DNA of 64,000 bases, from contig OX597822.1 of NCBI GenBank assembly GCA_951406725.2, positions 11,470,001-11,534,000 of the forward strand, in the 5' to 3' direction. Each line of letters begins with the position of its first letter. Positions within the stretch are counted from its first letter, which is position 1. This stretch comes from Octopus vulgaris. Lineage: Eukaryota. The position numbers and the translations under genes are program-made. Positions 53,364 through 64,000 of this stretch are shown here, piece after piece. The notes beneath the pieces were generated by a model that saw only the letters and a list, made by a program, of their open reading frames with translations, was not told the DNA's origin and made no database searches.

Positions 53364-53965
53364 TTATTTGACGGCTCCTTGTCCTCATCTTGTTTGTTGT
53401 TAACACAATGTTTCAGCTGAAATACCCTCCAGCCTTCATCAGGTGTCTTGGGGTAATTTCGAACCTGTGTTCTCATTCCTAAGGTACTTTTCGATTTGAT
53501 TATTATTGGTCACTGCCTGGAATCGAACTCGGAATCTTGAGATTAGTAGCCCGCGCTCTTAACCACTACGCCATATGCTCGTGGACAATTATGGACTGAC
53601 ATTTAGGGCTTATAAATCTAGTATTTTCCTTTCCTTCCTTAATACCGTTTCCCATATGCTTAGGAGGTTGTTGTGTCCCAGCATATGTGCTGTTTCTTTT
53701 AATTTTCGTATTTTCCAGTGGTGTTCTCTGTCTATTATTTTAATTTCATCCTACAGGGTGAGGTGATCATTTTTCCATAGCATCGGAAAATACCTTAGGA
53801 ATGAGAACCCAGATTCGAAATTTCCCCAAGACACCTGTTGAAGGCTGGAGGGTGTATCACCCGAAACGTTGTGTTAACGACCAACGAGATGAGGACAAAT
53901 ATCCGTCAAATGTAAATATTGTAAATAACGTACGTAATTCCTCATCTCTCAAATATAGAACTGTA
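53364..53965 (-). mobile_element. Truncated Penelope-like insertion: inverted pLTR, endonuclease tail, tRNA-like head, pLTR with hammerhead
   Basis: Arms 53364-53495 and 53782-53912 are inverted; minus translation EIKIIDREHHWKIRKLKETAHMLGHNNLLS (PLE EN C-terminus-like); HHRs at 53402-53447 (-) and 53830-53875 (+). Confidence 0.8.
53508..53580 (-). other. 73-nt tRNA-like Pol III head embedded in the PLE repeat
   Basis: A-box TGGCGTAGTGG, CTACTAA loop, B-box GAGTTCGATTCC; acceptor stem poor. Confidence 0.75.
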
Positions 53966-54911
53966 TTATGAAGCCGATGTATTTAGAATTAGGTATAAAT
54001 GCATATGTACTTAAGAGGTACAATTATAGAATAAATATTGCAGGTATTTCTATAAAAGTATTATTGTACGAGAATAGACAGATCAAGATATATAGAACTA
54101 TGTGAGTATGTACGAATAAACGCTTTGAGTTCAACTTACAGAATTGAATTCCTTGGGAAGCAGAAACTCATAATTCCAAATGAATAGATAAAAATAGAGA
54201 AAATTATTGATATATGAACGGGATTGTTAACTTCATAAGTGGAGTAGCTTGAATGGGTAGACGTTCGTGAGAATCGAAAGTGCAAGTGTATGTTGGGATA
54301 AATATATACACATAGATGTAAACTATATGGTACTAAATGAATATGAATGTATATGAACGTGTGTGTGTGTGTGTGTGTGTATACAAGTAAATTTGTTAAA
54401 TCTCTTCACTTGAAAATTAGACGGTCAAGATGGTAGTATGAGACCAGATATTGAAAATTAAGTCTGTAAGCTGACCGATTCTGGTGTCTTACTGAGTTAA
54501 GGAAGTGAACTGGTTTTCTTAGAAGTGAAACAGTAAAAGACACAAGAGACACGTAAATTGTAAAGGTTAAATGTTCTTTATTTGCTTAAACTTTGAAATT
54601 TGTGCTTAAAAATCAAACGAATTGGCAGGTTTTATTTATTTTTTTTTTTAGATCTCATAATTTGTTTTTGTTGGGTTTTGTCATTTGCATCTCTTAGTTT
54701 TCCTTTGTTCCTCTTTGTCAGAGGAATAGTAAAGATAGTTTAATTTTGTACATATATGTGTTTAGATAATATACGTACGTGTATATGCCTATACATGTAC
54801 ATGCTTATGTATATATCGAGATATGTGTATGTATACACGCACACACACACATATTTATATATACAATATTATAATTAAATTGTCAAAGGCATCACAAAAA
54901 TATAACAAAAT

Positions 54912-55003
54912 CTGCTCCTCAGAGTTTCACGTTCCCGTTCGTCGGACGGTTGTTCTTATTCACAACTGCTCGACGAACGGGAACGTGAAACTCTGAGGAG
55001 CAG
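54912..55003. repeat. Hairpin with HHR-like arms; start of a unit duplicated at 56189-56587
   Basis: ctgctcctcagagtttcacgttcccgttcgtcg / cgacgaacgggaacgtgaaactctgaggagcag. Confidence 0.88.
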
Positions 55004-55283
55004 TTTTCTGTGATGTTGTGATATTTTCGAAGCTTTAACAATACATTGACATTACTCTACCCCCGGTACTCGAGTGCTATTTTTTCCTACCTTGTTTCGC
55101 CTTCATATGCACACACTGGTATAATGTATATATGGTATATGGTCCAAATGTACAGAAAACAAAAGACAGAGGCAATTGAAACTAATACACCTGTCTCTGT
55201 CTTAAGTTTTCTGTACATTTGAACCACACACACACACACACATCATTTCTGTATTTTTCACTGTTCCAAGGGTCCCAGTTATA

Positions 55284-56183
55284 TTAGGTTGTCAAGAAAG
55301 TTCTTGCTGTCGGAGTTTCTTATGTATTTCATCCATTTGCTGATAGTACTTCTTTGCCGTGACGGTTTCACCTGGATCCAAAAAGCCATGGTGGATGAAA
55401 CCGGCCGCAGACCACCAAACAGTCAGCACGACCTTCTTTTTGTGCAACTTTAGCTTAGGGATGTGCCGTAGATCTTCCTCGGCATCCAACCACTGAGCTC
55501 AACGTCGTCAGTTGTCGTAAAGAATCCACGTTTCATCGCAAGTCACCATCCGGTCGAGAAACGCGTCGTTTCTGTTGCGTAAAAGAAGGGAAGAAGACAC
55601 TTCAAAACGGCGTTTTTTTTTTTTTTGATTGTCGTTTAATTCGTGCGGCACCCATTTCTGAAGTATTTTTGTTTTTCCAATCTCTTTCAAGTGGTTGGAA
55701 ATTGTCATATACGTTACGTCTAATTCAGAAGCAACCTCTCGAACAGTTGTACGTGGATTGGCTTTGACTAAGGCTCTTAGCTGATCGTTGTCAACATCCA
55801 TGGCCGACCACTACACTTATTATCTTCAAGACTCTCGTCACCGCTACGAAATTTCTTGAATCACCATTGTACTGTACGTACATTAGTGGTTCCCGTGCCA
55901 AATGCATCGTTGATATCGCGAGCTGTTTCAGCAGCTTTTTGACCTAGCTTCAACTGGAATAAGAAAATTATGCGAATTTGCTGTTTGTCCATATTGTATT
56001 CAACGTTCCGGGAAAAAGATGGCCTAATTGTTCAAAAAGAAAAGGAGTAACAGGATTAGGTAGAATGAAAATCGAGCTTTAACATGATATATAAAGTCAA
56101 AGGAATTTAACGAAAATTAATTTGAAAATATATCCTTTAAAACCAAAATTGAAAATTTCGTAAGAACTTTTTTGACAACCTAA
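55284..56183 (-). mobile_element. mariner transposon with 3' internal deletion
   Basis: TA|ttaggttgtcaagaaagttctt...aagaacttttttgacaacctaa|TA; KWVPHEL, VTCDETWILYDN, VVLTVWWS. Confidence 0.93.
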
Positions 56184-56499
56184 TACTACTCAGAGTTTCA
56201 CGTTCCCGTTCGTCGGACGGTTGTCCTTAATCACAACTGTTCGACGGACGGGAACCTGAAACATTGAAGAGCAGTTTTTTTGTGATGTTATTGTGATGTT
56301 TTTGATGCTATAATAATACATACATATTACTCTACCTCCGGTACTCGAGTACTATTTTTTTCCCACCTTGTTTCGCATCCATATGCATACACTGGTATAA
56401 TGTATATATGGTATATGGCCCCAATGCACAGAAAATAAAAGACAGAGGCAATTGAAACTAGTACACCTGTCTCTGTCTTAAGTTTTCTGTACATTTGAA

Positions 56500-56541
<42 letters not shown>

Positions 56542-56609
56542 ACATACACACACATACACATCATTTCTGTATTTTTCACTGTTCCAAATGAACCTTCTAT
56601 AGTGATGAC

Positions 56610-56910
56610 TACGTACTGCAATAGCTTGGGATTCAAGGACCCTCGGCTATTTAATACGTTGCCAAAACCTCATAGGTATGTACCCGGAGTAGGAGTATAT
56701 GTTTCCAAGACACAACTTGATCGCTCACTGTCCAAAGGTTCCAGATGACCCTTTATCACGACAAGAAACTCAAAAAAGGCAACAATATCTCATTCCCTTC
56801 TTCACCAAAATCCAACAGCATAAGAATGGCCTTTGAAAAGATGATAACACTAATGGTGCCTCAGCATGGGCACAACCTTTAAGCTGAAACATATAAAAGA
56901 GTGAAAGAAT
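56610..56910 (+). mobile_element. CR1-group LINE 3' end
   Basis: NSLGFKDPRLFNTLPK....GVGVYVSKTQLDRSLSK/VPDDP, then tail ggtgcctcagcatgggcacaacc..gctgaaaca..aaaaga. Confidence 0.7.
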
Positions 56911-57019
56911 CTATATATGTGTGCTCATATTACGAAAAATATACAGGGTAGGAAAATTATAGAAATTTTTCTACCAGTGGCCTAGCATGCAGAAAGTAGT
57001 CAATAGACTATATAATATT

Positions 57020-57493
57020 CATATAAAATTAGTGTACATTTAAACACATAGGAGGTGCCTTGAGAGGACACCTAGCATGCTAGAAGGACCAGCCAAATTA
57101 CAAACCACGGTTAGGGGTAATTTCGAAGGGAATGAAAAATAAAAAACAATTATCATATTTTCCGCCCCCGTATATTTTCCCTAATATGATTTTAGTAATT
57201 TTGAAGTAAGTCGACATTTTTTATTTGCTACCGACAAAAACTTTGCTTGCGGGGTTCATTTGAAAAAAATATAATATATAATGATGAGAATTGCGCTATT
57301 TTGCCACATAATTATATATTAAACTTTGGCGTAGCCGCTGATGAAAAATTCGCCAAGCAAATTATTTTATTTGCCAATTAAAGTTTTCAAAATTACCCCT
57401 AAACTTGGTTTGGACTTTGACTGGTCCCTCAATAATGTTAGGTGTCCTGTCAAGGCACCTCTTATGTGTTTAAATGTACACTAATTTTATATG
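57020..57493. mobile_element. MITE/foldback with ~108-bp terminal inverted repeats
   Basis: catataaaattagtgtacatttaaacacata..ggggtaattt is mirrored by aaattacccc..tatgtgtttaaatgtacactaattttatatg. Confidence 0.82.
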
Positions 57494-57912
57494 TGTACTC
57501 ATGTATATTTGTTTATTTACTCCACTGTAACATGAGAAACGCTGGAAATTATTATACAAATGCGGCAATTAAACTGGAGGAATCTATATTTACGACTAAT
57601 GATTATCATCTATGCACTAATATAACTGTTGTTAATCACGTTGATGAATATACTTCGATCTACAACATTGCACTAGACTCCTACATATTCAAAATTCGTG
57701 CATAATTATACATTGCTACATATTGAATTTACAGCAAAACAGTACCTTCGTATATATCTAAAACAATACGTTTCAACGCACTGACGCAAATAAGCTGCAA
57801 GCACACAGCATCATAGAAACCAATGCTCTCTATGCAGTTTCACTGCACATGTTCACTAAAAGGTAATCAAGTTTTCATGATGCTACATTTAAAAGTTATA
57901 TATACATAAATA

Positions 57913-57954
<42 letters not shown>

Positions 57955-58120
57955 CATACATACATATATATACATATGTATATATATACATGTATATATA
58001 TGTATATATATATATATATATGTAACTTTTATATGCATATATATGTGTGTGTATATGTATATAAACACACACATGCCTATATTTCATATAAATATACATA
58101 TGTATATATGTATATATGTA

Positions 58121-58176
<56 letters not shown>

Positions 58177-58533
58177 TGCGTATATATATTGTTTGTATAC
58201 ATGTATATCAAGGTACATATATATATATATATATATTTATGTATATAATCCTAAATCTACATATACAAATAAATACGTACAATCATACATACGTACATGC
58301 ACACACACGCACACACTTATACACACCCACCTAACTACACACATATTTGTATGCGTGTATATAAACGTACATACTTTTACGCATACAGTTGCTCGTGTAG
58401 GCGTTTACATGTATGCATATAAATAAATACAGACATACATATATGCATACACACCCATATTATATATGTGCTTACGTATGTAGATTGATTAAAAGATGCA
58501 TATAGTAATATATACTATATACATGCATGCAAT

Positions 58534-58642
<109 letters not shown>

Positions 58643-59169
58643 GTACACACATGCGTGCATGTCTATCGTTGTATAGGTGTTTGTGTGTGTTTTATGCGTA
58701 TGTATATTAGTACTTTTAAACTGCATAGCTGTGTGTGTGTGTGTGTGTGTGTGTGTGAGTGTGAGCATGTGCGTATGTGGATTTTTTTTAGTTTAACCGA
58801 AAGCTAAATGATTTACGAGATATCTATCTTTTCATCTTATGAAGCATGGGAATAACGAGAAATGTGAAAAAATTTTAGATATCTGGAATTTCAGAAATAA
58901 ATATGAAGTTAACTAACATGCAAGAATTTTACATACAGAGATGAGAAGCTATATTCTTTAAAAAATTCAGTACAAGAAAACACATCGCTTTTAAAAATAA
59001 AAAGCTGAACTGGAAGCTAAGTCACCAGATCTGAAGGAAAATGTTAATAATATTCTTAGTACTTCGACATTGACATGAAGGGACTTAACTCTTATATTAC
59101 TGACGACTTTATATACAGAGGTGTTTTGTTTCGCGAGAGAGGTGTATCGTTTAATATATGGCGTGTATA

Positions 59170-59720
59170 AGGCGGCGAGCTTGCAGAAACGTTAGCACGT
59201 CGGGCGAAATTTCGTCTGCGTTTACGTTCTGAGTTCAAATTCCGCCGAGGTCGACTTTGCCTTTCATCATTTCGGGGTCGATAAATTAAGTACCAGTTAC
59301 GCATTGGGGTAGATGTTATCGACTTAATCCCTTTGTCTGTCCTTGTTTGTCCTCTCTGTGTTTAGCCCCTTGTGAGTAGTAAAGAAATAGGTATTTCGTA
59401 TGTCTTTAGGTTCTGAGTTCAAATACCGACGTTGTCGACGTTGCCTTTCATTATTTCGGGGTCGATAACTTAAATACCAGTTGCGTACTGGGGCAGATCT
59501 AATCGACTGGCCTCTCCCCACCAAAATTTCTACTTGTGCCTAGAGTAGAAAAGAATGCTTAGCGGCATTTCATACGTGATTAAATTCTAAATTCAAATTC
59601 TGCCAACGTCGACAGTACCTTTCCGCCTCCCAGGGTCGATAAAATACGTACTAATTGAACACTATCGGATTACCTTGCTCCACCAAACTTTCTGGTCTTG
59701 TGTCAGAGTTTGAAACCAAT
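59170..59720 (+). mobile_element. SINE family B dimer plus a third, older unit
   Basis: Closely matches 36023-36400; extra diverged unit at 59556-59720. Confidence 0.87.
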
Positions 59721-60399
59721 ATATGGCGAGTAGGTTCGATGCCTTCTATTTTCGTTTATGAATAAATAAAGCCATGCTAGGTCTGTATAAGGAGAGCAAT
59801 TACAGATGCGCATTCATCTAAACGACAATATTTTTTTTTTGTCAGCTAATTGTTTCAGTCATCGGAGTGTAGCGATGCAGGCACCGCGTTCAGTTATTTA
59901 GCCTAACAAATAGTACCTTGTACATACTTATTCTATCAGTCTTGTCTAACCGGACCGCTAGGTTAAGGAGGTGGAAAGAAATCAAGACTGGTTGTCAAGC
60001 TGTGATGACCGGAGAAATACAAACACAAAGCCACACATAGACTGATATATATATATATATATATAAACGATTGTCTAATGAACTTCATTAGTTTACAGCT
60101 GTTTCCAACATAAGATGAAGTGGACTCGTAGTTGCGTGACTGAGTAATACACTACAAATTTGCGTCTAAAGATACATATTCCTACACACACACACACACA
60201 CACACACAACACACACACGAACACACACACAACACACACATCTGTGTTCATGTGTTTGAGTTTATGTGTGTGTCCTTTTTGTTACGAGAGAAAATAAATA
60301 CTACTTCTCTGTCACAGTATGTTTGGAATATGAAAGATAAAGTAACTAGAGACATGAAGGTATAGAAATCAATGATAACAGTTTCAAAACCGTATATCA

Positions 60400-60800
60400 G
60401 AGGAATTATTTTGTACCGCTTACGTTTCTCTGCAGCATTTTCTCATAGTCACATCACCGTTTCACTTGTAGAATTCAAGATATGAACTCATTTTCGATGT
60501 ATCTCCCATAGAACAACTCAATTTCACGGAAATGCATTCTTCTTACATGCTCAATACATTAATCTCGTATTGGCAGAATGTCTTTGAAAATCTTTGGAAC
60601 TTAATGGAATTTCCTTGAAGAGCTACATACATCCTTTCATTTTTTCCCTACCCGATTCACACCTCACTGTCAAAGGCTTTCTATAAACTAACTGTTGTTC
60701 AAAGATATCCCCTACGAAAACTCAAAACACTTCGTACACTGTTTTCTCTTTTTGCCATATTGGAATAAAGACATGAATCGTTTTTGTCTATTGAAGCTAT
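60400..60800 (-). mobile_element. Very old LINE RT remnant
   Basis: Minus strand agaaagcctttgacagtg = RKAFDS-like RT motif with a plausible context; heavily frameshifted. Confidence 0.35.
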
Positions 60801-62015
60801 TTTCCCTCAATCGTCAATATTTATGTTTTTTTTTTTCATCTAAATTTCTTTTTTTTCCCTTTCCATTCTAAAGTCTTGCGTATAAACGCAGATATCTATT
60901 TTGTCCTTGCTGCATTGGATATCATGCGTTTACTTTCGTCTCTCTTACAGATACCGAATCTTTCCTCTTCTCCACTCGATTCCATACGTTTATCTTTTTA
61001 TATTGTTACACATCTTCTTTTGTATTTTCAGTTCCTTCTCGTTACACACACACACACATATTATATAATCTGTCTTAGAGGAGCGAACGTTATGAAGTTA
61101 AGATATGCAGACTAGTGCCATCCACTTGCGTATTTTCATCTTTTTCATCGTTTAATTTCACATTTGTGGATCTATATCTCTCACTTCCTGTTTCTTTCAT
61201 TTTCTTGATCCTTAATCTTAATTCTTTCCCCTCTTCTACTTTCACATCCATGTCACACACAAAAGAATTTAAAAAACTCTCACACATTCTCGGTCATCAA
61301 GTTCCTTGTTACATCAATGTACATCGCGTTCTCTCACACTATTCTGATTTTGGTTTAATACATTTATTTATGATATCATGTGTTATATTTTTTTAGTTAC
61401 TGTCTTTCATATGTATATAGAAAACGTCTTTTAATGTTGTATATGTTAAATTTCGTATTATAAGCATTTAAATCATTCAGTAGCAATAACGGCCTCGTTT
61501 TGATAACATATTAAACAAATATATAAGGTTTTACTGAGTAATATAATTTTAGTCGTCTCGAGAATCGATAACGCGAAACTCAAAACGACAAGATCTTAGT
61601 ATATTATTATTTCTAATTTATTTATTCAGTAGATATTCTTTGTATTACACACACACACAAATTTTAATTTTGTTTGAATCAGACACTTCTTACCCTGAGT
61701 GTCGCCTGTGAGTAAGACGATTCTTCAGGCAAGTCGTGACTTGCCTGAAGACGTTATATACCCTGTGACGAAACTCAGAGTTAGGACATACGGACTCCAC
61801 TAAAATGAAAAAATATAGAAATATATACCACGAAACTCTGCAATAGATGCTTTTGAAGGCGCTGCCCCAGCATTGTGGCAGCCTAATGACTGAAACACGT
61901 AAAAGAAAGATAGAAGGTATGGTATGGAGTATTTTCCCCTACACTCAACACTAAACATATGAAAAACATGCGCCTTCACAAATATATATATACATACACG
62001 CATATAATACCTATC

Positions 62016-62077
<62 letters not shown>

Positions 62078-62974
62078 GTGTGTGTGTGTGTGAACCAGTC
62101 GTGTTTCGCGTAGGGTCAAATCAGATTGCTTTAAATTTAATAATAACAATACTACTGCTACTACTACTACTACTAATAATAATAATACTAATAACAATGT
62201 TAATAATCTACTAAATGTGTTGATTTTCTTCTTTCGCTTGTTCACCCTATCATATATATATGTATGTGTGTGTGTGGGGGTGGGCGCATGAATTTGCATG
62301 AATACATATATGCGTAGATTCGTGCGTACGACTGGCTTTCAAAAATTTCCGTCAATACATTTTCCTCGTAAAATTTAGTCAAACCAATTTGGTAACAACA
62401 ACAAAAAAAATCTTGCTTAAGTTAGTGGATACCGAGTTTAAACTGGACACAGTTTATTTCCCCAGAGAACGTTTTAATTCCCTTCCTTACATGGTTTTAT
62501 CATATTTTATCTTTTGCTTTCGGCATTTGCCACTTAATGTTCACTGCTTTTGCTGAACATGTGTAGCAGATATTACAGAGTACTGGAGATAAAAATGCGG
62601 GCAAAATGCATAACTGCAAATCATGAGGTGCAATTTAGGCGTTGTGGGAAATATATCTGTCGTCTTTAATAATATTAGGCCATTAACAGCGAGCTTAACA
62701 ATTGTGGACAGTTATATTTTCTCCTCTATGCGAGAAGCTGGATGAATTGTCGATATAATACAATGGCATGCAAGCGTGTGTACATAAAATATTCTTAGAG
62801 ATTGTACATAAATACGTGCATATACACACATAAACACACACATATACACACATATATATATACATGTACATGTGTGTGAGTGTATCCATATCCATATCCA
62901 TATATATATATAAGTATATATGCATATATATATATAAGTATGTATATACATATATATATATACATATACATATA

Positions 62975-63056
<82 letters not shown>

Positions 63057-64000
63057 TTATTACATTAAGGGCTGTTGCCATAACTAAAGCCACACTCTGG
63101 AAAGGGACTCTAAAGTCAAACTACTTTATCAAAATATACACACGCGCTGAAGTCGAGGAAATGAACAAAGATACATTCTTTTTAAAAGGTTCAGTCGCAA
63201 ATCGAAGCGATTTCATGGTCAGCGCTATAACACGCTCTCCACTCGTCAGTGCAAACATAACCAGAAACCATACGAAAAACAGCGAGTCCACAGAGCACAT
63301 ACAAAAGTTCACACTTATACATCCATGAAAAGATTTGCATCCTGTTTGTCTCAGCCACGTATGTATAACCAAAATAATTCAGCACTGAATATATTCTGTT
63401 TAATAAGTATTTATCACTTCTATATAAGAATAAAATCTGTATAAGATTTTTTCAAGTAATCAGCGTGTAGAACCAATTAAAGTAAAAAAATTAATACTAA
63501 GTATACACTTTGTTTCCTTTTATTATGCTGGTCAGTCATTCCTCAATAAAATCAAAACCCTTGTCCGATTTTCTTGAAACTTTTACGGGATATGTAGGAT
63601 TATGTATCGCATGTCGCGTGTACTTTTTGTCTAAATCGGTGTATATTTATCGCAGAAATGAAGAAAAATACGTTTCTAGGGTGTTTCTTTTTCATTATGC
63701 AGGTTAACAAGATATTACTTTCCCCCATGTGATATGTGATTTTGAAATGTTTCAGATACAGGAAATATAGAAATGGATCGAAATAAAGATATAACATCGT
63801 AGAAGAAAGGAATTTTGAAAGTACTGGGAGAAGGGGATACAACAATTGTAATTTTTAAAAAGCTAAATAGAAATTACAGAAAAAAAAAACAGGTACAAAA
63901 CATTGAAGGTGTCAGAATAAGGGAGAAAACGGGTTTCAAGAACATCACAAATAGAGATAAGACAAAACTCAAAGGAATTGTGTGCAAGAAAAGTGGGTTA

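Noticed and set aside
53508-53580. Possible tRNA gene with ACT anticodon
   Set aside because: Acceptor and anticodon stems pair poorly and it is embedded in a repeat; treated as a tRNA-derived head.

Overview
AT-rich, microsatellite-saturated eukaryotic DNA with no convincing host exon. It is almost entirely transposon-derived; the repeat families look like those of a coleoid cephalopod (Octopus), which is an inference. It contains: (i) RLE-type non-LTR retrotransposons (R4/Dong-like) stacked in same-orientation trains inside (TAA)n, plus a related family in (TACA)n; (ii) CR1-group and other LINE remnants; (iii) three Tc1 (two with DD34E-type motifs) and two mariner DNA transposons; (iv) several tRNA-derived SINE families; (v) a non-autonomous Helitron and several foldback/MITE-like inverted repeats; (vi) many Penelope-like element (PLE) remnants. 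The most notable signal, which the ORF track does not show, is about a dozen minimal hammerhead-ribozyme (HHR) motifs from different PLE-type terminal repeats. Nearly all have a palindromic helix III, several sit in long hairpins, and two lie just downstream of a tRNA-like Pol III head. Almost all listed ORFs are microsatellite artefacts. All folds and translations were read by eye and need computational confirmation.
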